Below are positions 1-12,110 of a DNA stretch of 64,000 nucleotides, piece after piece. Source of the DNA: Raillietiella orientalis (Eukaryota); assembly GCA_036172245.1 (NCBI GenBank), contig JAYWIR010000038.1:186001-250000 (forward strand), in the 5' to 3' direction. Within the stretch, counting starts at the first letter, position 1; each line of letters starts with the position of its first letter. Under the pieces are notes generated by a model, which saw only the letters and a program-made list of their open reading frames with translations, was not told the origin of the DNA and made no database searches. The position numbers and the translations under genes were made by a program.

Positions 1-720
1 CGAAAGGGAGCCCTTCAAGGTTCCTGGGGAGGGGGAGGGGAGGGGATTTGGAGGAGCCCTCAACGGCATCGCGATAACGGAGGCGGTGCTTTCTGCTGTT
101 GCGCCAGGGCCTTCAGGAAGCATGGAGCAGGCACTGCTCTCCCTGTGGAGGGAAGGGGTGAGTCCCGGTCCCCGGGAGCACAGCGGAGGAAGAACGCTGC
201 GGGGATCTGAAGTTCCGAGTCTCAGGGTGCAAGACGTCCCTGCATAGGAAGACCCCTCGAGTGGCGACCTGTAGCGCGCCCAAGGACCCGGCGTTTACAA
301 TCTGTCCGCTCTGCAGGCTGGTCGAGTTCCGTCCCTCTCTTCCGGTTCCAGGGGTGCGGGGGCGGGGGGTTCCTAGCAGGATGCTTCTGGCTCGAGGAGG
401 CACTGGTGCGCCGTTCCTTGAGCCTTTGAGGGTCCACGGGAGAGCTAGACTTGCCGCCAGGTGGTGGTGCCACTCGGCAAGCCGACCTCGGGCTGTGAGC
501 GCCCCCTGCGGTTCCGCAGGAAAGCTCCGGGAAGTCGTTGTTTTCAGGTCCTGGGACTCCAAGGCTGTCAGGCGAGAGCCGCTGTCCGAGGCGAATGGCG
601 CTGGTCAGCGAGTTGCACGCGGGAGACCTGCTGACCAAGAAAAATTCGGTGGGGGCTGCTCTGCGCCTTCCTTGATGGACAGCGGCCCCGCGAGGGCAGA
701 CTGGAGGGGAAGAGTGTAAT
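1..720 (-). mobile_element. Possible decayed retroelement ORF1/gag-like GC-rich remnant
   Basis: GC-rich, Pro/Arg-rich broken frames with scattered Cys/His, similar in character to other ORF1 remnants in the window; no clean motif. Confidence 0.25.
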
Positions 721-949
721 TTGTTTCTTCCTGGATTGCCGTTCCGTTCTGGCTCTTCTGGGTCCCAGGCTGTTCCTCGGACTCTGCAGAGACTGATTTT
801 CTCTTCGAGGTCTTCTTTCGTTTAAAGCGAGTGATTGGGAGCTTCCGGTTGTGGCTGTGGGACTCGGCTGCCACTCAGTGGTGTAGTGTTTTCGTGTTAT
901 TTGTCTTCCTCCGGCTGCATCCCTTCGCTTGACTCTTTTCCACGCACTC

Positions 950-1760
950 ACAAAGTTGATGGGCACCTCGCGTGACTTCTTCCAGATCATGCCGAAACCT
1001 ACCATTGGTGTTACGTTCCGTATTTCAGGTAGAAGTTTTCACGATTCTAATGACTTTCCTCGGCATCCGTGCTCTCCCTCCATAGACTTCTTCGGTCGCA
1101 CTTGCCTCCTGCCACTGTAGGTCTTTACTCTACTGGTCTTTCCTCACCCCGCGTAGCATGCCCTTGTTGCTTTACTTGCTTCTTGGTTTTGCATTACAAC
1201 GATGATGTTTCTATACTGACAGTTCCCATGCAAGCGTCGAGGTCACCTTTGGACCTGTTAGGGGCGTGCTTTTTGGGTAAGGTGAGGTATGGTCGAGACT
1301 ATCTCATGCCTTTTCATGGATTGGGATTCTTTTCTTTAGGGATGGAAGAGACTGTCTGCGAGTACTTGATCAATGCATAGAATGCCACGAACACAAGACT
1401 TTACCGGTAACATGTTCGAATTGTATTCCAGAAGATTTTTGTTCTATTTTACTGCTTCTTCTGCATTCATTGTGGGACATTCTCTGCAGCTGTGCATCCA
1501 AGTAGCTCCATGCTCTTTTTTGGAAATGCAGCAATCCTTCTCCGATAGCTTCGAAGTCATCAGAGAACACTGAAGATTGTATAGCTTCAGATGAGCCATC
1601 GGTACCAGAATTTTTTGTGACGAGCAACGTTGTAAGCTATCTTGTTGTCAGCTCTGGGTGCTTCCTCATCCACAGCTTGTATATGTAGGATCTATTCAGG
1701 AAAATTGTCTATTGTTTCAATACCACTACTCCATGCCAGATCGTTTCGTGTTCGCTCGTT
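950..1760 (-). mobile_element. Possible highly degenerate non-LTR ORF2 C-terminal remnant
   Basis: Broken minus frames contain Trp-rich (KRAWSY) and Cys-containing patches resembling the zf-RVT region; many stops. Confidence 0.25.
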
Positions 1761-2092
1761 CTCTCTACTTTCCTTTAAAATATTTTACTCCTTTTTTAAA
1801 TCTGAGAATCGCATTTCAAGTTGATTCTGTATCCTTTTGTCACTCTAACTTCAGTACATTTTGAAGACAAGTATACAAACATAAAAGAACTTCGACTACT
1901 TTTTTTCTACTTTTTTTTTTTTTTAAATCATTACATCCATCAACGCAATATTCTTTATATTCGTTACAAAGAAAGTTGTGTGAGGTCTAGTAAGGTAGGT
2001 ACCGATGTCTACGAATGTCTGGGTTACTGGACAGACGTGAATGTAATTATAACAGACAGAGGATGTTAACTGACCTCGTGAGGAAATTATAT

Positions 2093-2166
2093 AACTCTTG
2101 AATATAATGGCAAGTCAAAAGAATGAGTTTACTCATCCCTTTGGCTTGCCATTGTATTCAAGAGTT
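2093..2166. repeat. 74-nt near-perfect palindrome (mini-MITE or hairpin)
   Basis: aactcttgaatataatggcaagtcaaaagaatgagt-tt-actcatccctttggcttgccattgtattcaagagtt: 36-nt arms with 4 differences. Confidence 0.85.
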
Positions 2167-2638
2167 TTTATTTTTCCCCTAAATGAAACGGTAACCTAAT
2201 CTGCATAAAGGTGTAAAAACACGATAAACGATGAAGTGCACATAAAATAATAATTGTGATTCATCCATTCCAAATACTCTTTCGGGTACATCCGCAAGTG
2301 TGGCTCTATGAAGACAAATATGAAAATAAAATATTTTTTGCACACACACATACATATGCAAACTTGAAAAGAGCTATAAGTGTGAACAAAATTCTGGAGC
2401 ATTTCCCTATTATTTTAAAAGCTTTGACTAATTTATAACTGTGTGAGAGAATAAGTACTCATTTGGATGCTTTTAAGTGTGTTTTCTATAAATGTGTTTT
2501 CTGATTTTTGAAAGGATAACAACGGAGTGCTTATTCGAAAAAATGTTGAGCAAACTTCTCCTTTGCTCCATGATTTCTCAGTGCAATTTGTATTTATCCA
2601 GGATTTATGTATTTCTAGATTATCCTTACAAAATAAAA

Positions 2639-2684
2639 TGGAAATCACATTCTATAATCACACTTGGAAATCACATTCTATAAT
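2639..2684. repeat. Short tandem duplication (26-nt period)
   Basis: tggaaatcacattctataat at 2639-2658 and 2665-2684. Confidence 0.85.
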
Positions 2685-3239
2685 ACGGAAAGTTGATCGA
2701 TTGAGCAGTTCGAAGTAGATCAAACTTCTGGAAAACAAAATTCAGAAGACTGTTCATAGATTCTATTTTCGTGATTAACTTGTTCGTATATTATGCTAGA
2801 GATACAGGACCTTTCCCAACGTTTATGCAGCAACAGCAAACATTTTCGACGGTGGTTGTTTTTTCTGCCTGCAGCCCTGCTTGTTGTGCGTGACGTCGTT
2901 CGCATTGGTTATGTCTGCGCTCACTCAGCATCCCAAGGCTCCGTGACATCTTCTGTATTTCGAAAACGAGCTACCAGGAATACGAATAGCAGAATCTTGG
3001 GAGTTTGTGTGTTGGGTGACACATCCAACACATCCTTGACACCAGGACGCAGTCTCGTGTGGTCCTTTGCGGTGTGCCATTGGTTTTTTTTCTTCCAACG
3101 CGTGTGTGAAGACTTTAGGCCGGGCAGTTTCTTTAATCCGGCCAGAACAATCACTATTTAATTAGCAAGCGACTTTTGTTTCGAAGGTCTCCGCTCCCCC
3201 TTCTCCTTTTTTCAAAAAAAAAAGAAATCAACAACTCAG

Positions 3240-3918
3240 ATGGTTGTTTGGACAATTGTTTGGCTTGCTGTTTGCTACGAATTCATACCAGAATTATCAT
3301 GCTTGATAACAGAAGTAAGCTTTATTTCATGATGTTTGCTAAAGGTGAATTCTCTTCTGATTTTAAAGCTCTTAAAATTGACTAGGTACCAGAGTAAAAA
3401 AAAGCAAAATGATCTCGCAAAAAACATAAAAGAAGCCCGTCTAGAACTGCAAGGTGTATCCGCTGTGGATGAATTTGCCAAGTACGCCAAAATCCAGAGA
3501 AGGATTCATAAATATTATGATGCATTCAAGCAAGAAGGTAGATCAGTTTCTTTTCGGTTGTAAACTGCATCCTGGTTTTCAGCAAATGCTGATTATGAGA
3601 GAAATTCGTGGGTTTCATTCTTAATCCAAAGAATATTTCTTACGGTTATTGTATGTATTTGACATTTGCATTGTGTTTTGTATTGAAAGAGCCTTCTTAT
3701 TACCGTAGAGTCTGTCAATTCTGGTCTTGATCTACAAACATCATGGAACACCTATAATCAATGTGCCTAGCATGTGGTTTTCACCCATCAACCATATTTT
3801 GTTGTTTCCATCTTGTTTTCATGGAATAAGTTTACCTATGTGGTTACTGATTTCTAAAACATCAGTTTCATATATACACATTCTGATAAGAAAAAAATGG
3901 AAATTGCGAAATTATTAA
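3240..3918 (+). CDS. GET1: Guided entry of tail-anchored proteins factor 1 (GET1/WRB/CHD5 family), 4 exons: 3240-3314, 3369-3537, 3583-3650, 3709-3918; 173 aa
   Basis: Three GT-AG introns (54, 45, 58 nt) give a 522-nt open frame. It has an N-terminal TM segment (MVVWTIVWLAV), a coiled coil with VSAVDEFAKYAKIQRR (family hallmark DEFAKY/WAK), and the C-terminal P..WF.P...L.FP....GI.LP.W pattern. Length matches metazoan WRB. Confidence 0.95.
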
Positions 3919-3926
3919 AACTTTTG

Positions 3927-3932
3927 AATAAA
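3927..3932 (+). terminator. Polyadenylation signal of GET1
   Basis: AATAAA 8 nt after the TAA stop. Confidence 0.6.
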
Positions 3933-6900
3933 ACTTAACTTCATAAGTTTTAATTTACTTGCAGGGAAATTTCAACTGTAATGAGATTAAACATGAGCTT
4001 AATGTTGCAAGATGTTGGCTCTAAATCACAGTGATGTAGAACCTTTCAACATGCATGTGTCTGTACTAATGCAATCTGTTGTGTATATATGTAATAGTTG
4101 ATGTGATAGCTGAATTGCATTGCCATCCTTGGATGGTGCATTTGTCACTGTTTGCTAGCCTTTTATGGTTCAGGTTAGCATTTCATCTTGTAATGTTGAA
4201 ATGACAGTCTTTTTAAAAAACAACATGCTGATTTGTACATCGTTATAAATAAAATGTATTTGTATTCATATCTCAAGAATGTTCCAACTTCCAAATGCTG
4301 ATATTTTTTCAAAGAGGTATTAGTTTCGGTACATGTTTTGCTATCTGATTACATTGGTGTGTCCTATTTTGGGGGGTAGGAAATCACTCCAAAAACCCGA
4401 AGTCTGTTATGTCCCTTCACCACCCATCTGGAGGAGCATGTTCAGTTTTAATTTGGTTTTAAAGAAGTGTTAAGGATGAATGTAAGGGCAGTAAAACATT
4501 TCTCATTTGTGCCTCCATCTGATTTGAAACTTTCATGACTTATGAACTCATTCCAGCTATGAAAAAACAAATGTAGTAAAAGGTTTGCAACATTCATATA
4601 ATTTTTTTCAAAATTTATCAATCTAACTATCTCTGTCATCCAAGTAGATTAGTCAAAATGCCATTAAGCATTGAGCTTTCATTTGAAACATTTGCTTCAT
4701 GTAGCCAGTTCTGTTGACTTTTCCTTGAAAAGAATCCCTATTCAGGTAATACAAACTGTACAATACAGAAGCTTATTGTGATGCTACAACAACCAACATT
4801 ACTCTACTTGAAATCATAGAGAAGCCATGTACGATCTTGACATCACAGTGCATTGGTGCTCGTTTTAGTAAATACCTCACATGTACTATTGTTCCAATAC
4901 ACTAAAGACAGTAATCAACATTAACCTCCCATCTGTTGCAAGTTATCAGACAGAAGAAAAACCAGATTAGAACAGGCGAGAGTAAAGAAAAAGGGGGTAT
5001 GCTAGAATCTTTTTGCACAAATACTGGAATTAAATGAAAGTGAACTGAAAGACAAAACAGCATCACACATCCATTTTGTGATTTCAGTTCATTTTTCCTT
5101 TTGATAATTCCTAAAAGTAATAATCTCAAAGTGTACGTCACAACTTGAATGGATACCTTGGTCGGAAATTCATACCTGTTCGATATTGTATTTCTGAAAG
5201 TCAGCATCCCTTATTTTAAAGCACAAAAATGCGACGAAAACGTGATGCTGTTGCAGTGCGAGATGTTACTGAAATCTATCTGTTGAAATCCAAATGTTCC
5301 TTTCCATCCAAATTTCAATTAATCAGTACTTGATAACTTTGAGGAATTGGAACGTTTTCGTCGGGCAAAACTTCCAAATGCATTCTATTCACCTGTAAGT
5401 TCACTCAAAAGTGAATGGATTCCACGGTTTTGCAATCGAGTAACCATAACGAATTGAGCAGAATAAATAAATTTTCAATCAACTTTTATTTGAACTACAG
5501 CTCGTTAAAAAAAATGATGCATACCATCGCACATCACGTGAACACCCGCATTTGGACGAATGCGTCAAACGAACACCCTCGGAACGCACCTTCGCTCTCC
5601 AATGCCAAACCCTCTTTTCAGCGATGCCAAAATCCATCTTGAAAAAACGTCGAGAAAATTCAAGGCTAAGAATTCTTCGTCCGGCCAAGCCAGTTTGATT
5701 TGCAATGAAAATTATTAGCAAGAGTAGCCCAAATTGAGTAAATAACAGTAGTTGCACTATCTACTTTCTATCGTGGGCATTCCCTTTATTCTGTACGCTG
5801 GCCCGAAGTGTTTATGAAGTTTATGAAGAAGGATAAACAACACTTTGGAACAAAGACCAGAACGAAGTAAATGGCCATTGTAGAAAGTGCAACTACTGTT
5901 TGTTTCTTCAAGGTGAAAAACGAATAACCAATGTCCCTATCGACATATGGGAAAAGGTTTCTGAAATGGAAAACTAATGTTAAATTTTAACCACAAGAGT
6001 TACTGTGAAAAAATACTGTTTTCAGTTTATTCTAAATGTTCCCCAAATATCGGCACAAAGGTTATTAACGTAAATAGGAAACCATTAAATTCCCATTGTC
6101 GATGAATAAAGGCACAAATTTACGGATTTGTATCTGAATATATTTTCTATATATAAGTACGGTTTTTGCATACACTCGTACCAAATTCTGCACGAAAGCT
6201 AAATGTTTCAAAACATTAAAAACATACAGACTTAAAGTAAACTTATAAGAAGCAACAGAAGTTCGGATTCAATTTGTAAAATGGTGCACAAGTTGGTGAT
6301 GAATACCGTGCTTTCAGATCGTATCATTTGTGATACCTCAGGTGCGAAGAGAAGAACAGCAAGATAAGGTGCTCGTAAAATTCTGAAATAAAATAATTCC
6401 ATTGGTTACAAACAAACAAACAAACAAGCAAAAAAAACATTCTGTACTGAATCTGAATTACAAGTGAGTAATGTAATCAAAAACATGAAGGCGAATGAAA
6501 CTCGGAAATTTTTGTTTATGCTTCATTCAGCGGAGACCGAATCGCACCAAATGCTCAAAACCATTCCTAAAGAGCACTTGAAGGTGTTTGAAAACTTAGA
6601 GATTCATCATTGCAGTGTCACAGAAGGATCATCATCAACGATTAGGAACCAAATATATACGACAAGCATTAAAATAAAAGGATTATTGCATTTTTCAGCA
6701 AAATAATTTTTCTTTGTAGCTAAGTGATATCTGCTGTGGCTCACAAAATCATTCCATCAAACATCAGAGCAGCGTTCGGTAATAAATGAAGATGGGAAAT
6801 GAGAATCACACACACATGCATGGATTATTTCGCGTGAATCTTTCAATGTGGTTTGCTCCACGAGATTCACGACATTCAAATGGTAATCATAAACGGATAT

Positions 6901-7303
6901 TATCAGCTACTCTATTATTGGTGACCATGGTGAAGCTCTCGAATCGTTTCCATAGCTACTATAGAATAACTGGATAAACGTCAGCGTGGACAGTGTTGCT
7001 TGTTGGAGTCGTTCAATCCTGCGTGCACGTTCATCGGCACCATTTTCCCTACGTAGGAATCTTAATTCAACTTACTTCTGGTGAGGTAATAGTGGGAACA
7101 CTTTTCCAGAGGCGTATAACCTCAAAAGCATGACGTGTAGACACTGTTTCCACTGGATCTCTATGTGGGCTGCGTTTTCCAGTGCGAGAAAACTTTGAAT
7201 CAGGGTGGCGCACAAAGATTCAATGGTCGCAGTGCTGAAAACGATTGCATGTGATTACAAACAAGAGCATTCTTCACGCTTCGGAAATTTTTCTTTTTCT
7301 TTG

Positions 7304-8568
7304 CTAAATTCTTCCTTTTTCTGATTGCATTTTTTTTTTCCCCCTTTCATCTTTCGAGAAGCGATCTCTACGCAGCTGCTTCTTGATTTTCCGTAAGCAG
7401 AGTAGGAAATGCAGAAAAGCGCTAATCTGTTCCTCCTGGGAAGGAAAATCCCCTTCTAAACATTTCGAAATGGCTGTTGCCTTTGGCGAGGGGCACCAAC
7501 GGCTCGTTTGTCGACCCCCCGTTTCACTGGAAGCTGTGCTTGCAACATTTTTCGCTCCGGATGAATTGTCTGCATTGATGCCCAGTTTTTCAGGCCGAAA
7601 ACGTCGCGAATTGGTTTTGCTGACATCCGCGTATTTAATGCACCTATTTAACAAATCGCAAGCGGCTACGGAACGAACCAGGGGTGCCAAAGGTCCTTGG
7701 TATCGTTTCGAACTGCATGCATTTCGGCCTCACGAAAGCTCCATCGCTCGGTCTCTCGGTTTTCGAAAACCAGTCCTCCCCCCCCCCCCAAAAAAAAAAA
7801 AACTAAAAATAAAAAAAAAACACCATCTTTGCACTCGGCACCGTTTTTTGGATGACAGGAGAAAAAAAGGAAGTGAGAAACCATGCTTTCGCGCGAAGCG
7901 AGCGGGTCCACTTACTCCGCCTCCATCTGCATCTTCTGAACGTACAGACTGCACAGTTTGCCGGAAGTCTTCCTCCCGCGCACGTTGCCCACACCGATGG
8001 GGCCGAAAACAGGGTGGGGACCATCCGCGATGGCCCTTACTATTCCATTAATTTCCCCTCTTCCTCGGTCGGATCCCGACTTCCTCGTCCTCCTTTTCTG
8101 AGCGTCACGCTTGCTCCCGCTTTCCTTGTTCCCGGCTTCCGTGCCGCGGGGGGGGTCGCGGTTCCTCCCGTCGCGCACGTGGATCTGCGATATCCCGTTG
8201 TCCGTGTCCGGCACGAGGAGCATCCGCAAGCCGAAATCGAACAGGGACTGGAAGCACTTTGCCAGCAGCGCGTCCTTCTTGCCGGCTTTGCTGACCACTT
8301 GCAGGTGCACGGGGACGTATTTCCTCAGGTCCCCCGGGGAAGGGCTCGCCTCCTTGAGGGGTCCCGCGCGGCGGCATCCGGAGCAGGACGCGCAGGCGCT
8401 CTGGTAGCCGGCGGCGACGAAAGGCTGGAACCAGACGCACTCCCGAGCCGGGGATTGGAACGCGAACATCCGCACGAAGTCCTCGTGGTCGGCGTCGCGA
8501 CCCGGAGTGACGTAGTCGATCTCCACGCCCGCAGGCTTCACGGATGACTTGGCGGAAGATCTCCCCAT
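7304..8568 (-). CDS. Uncharacterised protein, at least 2 exons (8568-7916, 7643-7304)
   Basis: ATG at 8568; strong third-position GC bias over 8568-8180. Consensus donor GA|GTAAGT at 7915 is phase-compatible with acceptor TAAATAG|G at 7644, joining ...QMEAE-CIKYADV... in frame to a stop at 7304. An extra intron near 8178-8035 is possible. Confidence 0.6.
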
Positions 8569-9029
8569 CCGCAACGCAGGCGGGGGCCGCAGCACACGCA
8601 GAAGCGGTCGTTTGCCGGGCGGAAGTTGCGCAACAATCGCAAGGTTCTTGCCATTGTTGCCACTGCACGGAAGACTTTTTTTTTTTCTTTTTTTTTTCTT
8701 CTTCGAATTTTTGGATGCGCCTCATCGGTCGGTCGAAAATGCCGCCGCACCTTCGGGCGCAGGTGCCGAGTGTTCGAGGTGACCCGCCTGGAAACCGTCG
8801 TCAACCATCCATCCATCCTTGCCGGGCATCTCGCTTCGTCCCGTGAACGAACGAGTCGGATCATCCGCCATTTTGCGCGTCTGCACTGTGAAAAAAGGGA
8901 AAAAAAAATCATCGTTCGTACGACCTAGCCGAGAAACACGCCAAAAATATGCCATCATTTCATGTTTTTTCTTCTTCTGCTTTCGTGCGCATCCCATGCC
9001 GTCATCAGATGACCTTCGTACGTTTTATT

Positions 9030-10265
9030 AACAGCTGCCTGCATTTTCCAGGAAACCCTCAGCTGGACGGATAATCCACTTATCCGCCGACCGGCCATCT
9101 TCCGTGGATCTGCTCCGTGCTCTCCACCGACAATCCAAGTGGAGCTGCTGGAGGCAACACCCGATTGACGCCACCACGGGAAGCACCCCTGCCGTCGTTC
9201 TTTTCCCAGTTTCACCCCTGGACGCACGCAGCTACGGTCTCGTCCCTTTGAGGAAACCTGATCGTGGATGGATGCGTGGTTCACCTGGTCGCGTCGAATA
9301 GGTGGTGGCGGGGCGTCACTTGCAACACCGCAGGAAAGACGAAGCCCATTGGTGGGTGGGGGATGCCGCGACCCTGAGTGCCCTTTCCAAAGGGCTGAGC
9401 GGTGCATCACCCACGGGTTGCTCCCATCGGCCTGCGGTACTGACCGACAGCTTCTCCCTTCCCTTCAAGCGGCCGCGGTCGGAGCTGCCGGTCCTGCGCT
9501 GGGGGAACCCCGCGCAACGCTCTCCGGGAGGCGCTGAACCACGGGGACGGGTGGAGGCGGATCGGAACCATGGTGGACGCAGCACCTGTTCGTGGACTGC
9601 GGCGCCCTTTCGTGCACTCTCTGGAGACGTGGCGACACACCTACTCTATTAGTACGATGCGGAGGGTCCTCCTTACTGGGGATCCTCTTTCTGCACAACC
9701 GGAGGGGGAACTCCCCACTCCTTGATTCCTGGAAGGACCCGGAGGTGGACTCCCATTTGTCCCGGCCCTCATCGAGGGCATCCGGTTTGAACCGCTACCA
9801 GTTCCTCACCCGGATGGATGTAGGCCAACCAGCGTCATCTTGCGGGAGGAACTCAAACCCACGGCGCCCTGCGCCGATTCCTTTCTCGGAGTATTCGAAC
9901 CTGCGACGCTTGGTGGTGCCACGTGAGGAGACCGCAGCAGCCACACGGCCTTCGACGTGGCGGCCCTTCGGCTCCCGGAGGGCGGCACCCGAGCTATTCT
10001 CGGGCGTCTCTTCGTGCGCGCTGCGCTTCCGCCAGACGCACCTTGCAGCAGCTGCTCGCGCCGTCTTCGCGGGAGGAACCTGCAGGCATCCTGGAAGTCC
10101 CCCTCACGAGCGTAACAGGCGCCCTCCCGCTAAAGGATTCCTCATTCCATGTTTATTTATTTATCCTTTCTGCTTGTTTCCTCTTCCTCCCCCCCGTTTT
10201 GTTGCCCGGACGGACCTCGCCGGTCCTTCGAGCGCCCTGAGCGCCACGGGGCAACCGGGTGATCA
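9030..10265 (+). mobile_element. 5'-truncated L1/Tx1-like retrotransposon 3' part, interrupted by SINE copy A
   Basis: QHLFVDCGAL zinc-finger end at ~9580-9609; ..ILGRLFVRAAL resumes after 9962; T-rich 3' UTR; terminal CACGG-GGCAA-CCGGG-TGATCA at ~10245-10265. Confidence 0.7.
9611..9961 (-). mobile_element. tRNA-headed SINE-like element, copy A (5' part only)
   Basis: Aligns to the head and first ~350 nt of copies B/E (GGTTCGAATAC, GATGACGCTGGTTGGCC, GGTTCAAACCGGATG). Confidence 0.85.
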
Positions 10266-12110
10266 ACCTGCTGCAGTGGAGTCGAGCATCCCCCCTCCGG
10301 TCCTGCTCGTCCAGCTAGGCGATCGGGCTGGGCCTCCAGGTCTGGTGCCCCGGTCCCTTGCCCAGACCTCGCAGTCCAGCGTTCTTTTCCAGGACCGCAC
10401 ATGCGGGGATGTGCGCTCGTTGCGCATCCCCTCGTCCGGGCAGGCGACCCGCCGGGACCTTCCTGTGGGACTCTCGAACGCCGAACGCCGCCTGAGGGCG
10501 TCCCGGTCACGAGTGCTCTGTAGCTTCCAGGAGTTCAGCCAGCCTTCTGGCGCAGGCGCCACGCGGGGGAGGAGGCCCTCCCGGAGGGGAGGCGCTTTGA
10601 CCCCGATCCGATGTCGCCGCTGCGGGTGTCGGCGGTCGAGGAAGGCGGTGGTCGGCGACGCGGCTGTCCGTCCCAGACCGTCCAAGCAACAAGTTGCGCG
10701 TGCGCATCGCTGCGTCGGGCTCGTTGACTCGATTGCGGCACCCGCGAGCGTGCAGAGATCGAGGTCGCCTTCTGTCGGGCGATCTCGACCGCATCCGCCA
10801 GCCACCCAGGGCCCAAGATCCTCGCCTCGGAGAATTGGAGGCTGCGCGCCGGTATGCCGACTCGGGCGCCCTGATGCTGGACAGAGTGCAGCCGTAGATG
10901 CAGTTGCGACTACGCGCTCCTTGCTCCAAGCCGTGGACTTTCCCGTGGTGCGAACCTCGTCCTTCGGCGGCTAAGGACTCCTCCTCTCGTTGATGCAGTC
11001 GCTCCCGGTACAGGAAGCAGGGAAAGCAGGGATTTGGCTTCCCCCTGAGCAACTAGCTCATCAGTGGATCTCCTGCCACCCAAGTGGACTCGAATATCTA
11101 GCGGCGGGAGGGGCGGTTGTACGTTCCAACGAATGCGCCCAGTGGACCTTCGTCGTCTTCCTCTGCTATCCTTTGGGAGGAGAGGCACCGGAGGAGACGA
11201 GGACCCTGGCCGGCGCGCTTCTTGCCGCTGCCTGCCCTCAGGGAAAGCGACGGCAGTTGCCTGCCGGCGGGTGGCAGTTTTCCTGCACCACTGCAGGGAG
11301 GGCGGAACTCCTATGAGGCTGGAAGACTCGCGAGCCGGCGGACGCCGCCACTTCTCGGCCACTGGCCAAGGGACCACATCGATGGTCCGAGCTTTTGAAT
11401 GCGCTCCCTGGAGAACTCATGGTCAGTCCCTTGTGTCTGGGCACTTCGGCGTTCCCCTCGAGCTGGAGACAGGCTGCTCTGCTACTCCCATCCTGTGTGC
11501 AACCAGCGTCGATGCCTCATCTCCTGGGGGGCCGCGTCCCCGGACTGTGCCGGGGCAGGTCGGTGGGGTCAAATCCGCGCCTGCTATTGGACTGCGTTGA
11601 CCTCAGCGAGCTGTGTCGAAGGCTGACTTGGGGCTCCGGCGACAGGAGGATATCTCCCGTGACTTCCTGAGATGATCCTTATCTTGTGGTCGACTCCCGG
11701 CTGGTGGAGTGATGGCGACAACGTGTTGCGTCCGCGTCATCGTCACGCCCCGCCACTCCCTGGGGAAGGAAAGGCAGCAAAGGGAGGTCATCCGCATGGC
11801 AGACACTTACATGAGGGTGAGCTCATCTGGAAGAAGTCAAGGCGGAGAACGGCAGCATCCAGAGCTGTTTCTGGGAGCAAGGAACGGCCGACAGCCCCAG
11901 TCCCCATCAATTCCTTATTCATTATTTATTTGTTTCCGCCTCACCCCCACCCATTCGGGGCTTTTCCCGATTTCTTTTATTTTCACCGACGTTTGCCAGG
12001 AGGTGAATCTTCGGGAGCTGATGCCTCCGTCTCTATGCGTAGGGCTGACTAGGTTCTTCCATCATCCATTCCCTCATTAGCAGTGGCTCCTGGAACTTCT
12101 GCTGTTTTCG
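10266..12110 (+). mobile_element. Decayed L1/Tx1-like ORF2 (degenerate RT, thumb, zf-RVT) plus 3' UTR
   Basis: FQEFSQPSG (RT domain 6-like), QGFGFPL (GGLGLP-like), WRQAALLL...LLLDCVDLSELCRRL zinc finger. The C-terminus is homologous to those at 39750-39830 and 50270-50360. Multiple frameshifts. Confidence 0.7.

Noticed and set aside
4450..5400. Minus-strand gene convergent with GET1
   Set aside because: Some splice-like signals, but only very short peptides and no coherent model.
6408..6430. (CAAA)n microsatellite, also at ~52289-52309
   Set aside because: Ordinary short simple repeats.
9592..10974. 460-aa ORF as a real gene
   Set aside because: It runs across an antisense SINE and two separate L1 fragments; it is open by chance in GC-rich DNA. 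The same applies to most long Arg/Pro-rich ORFs in 42600-61300.
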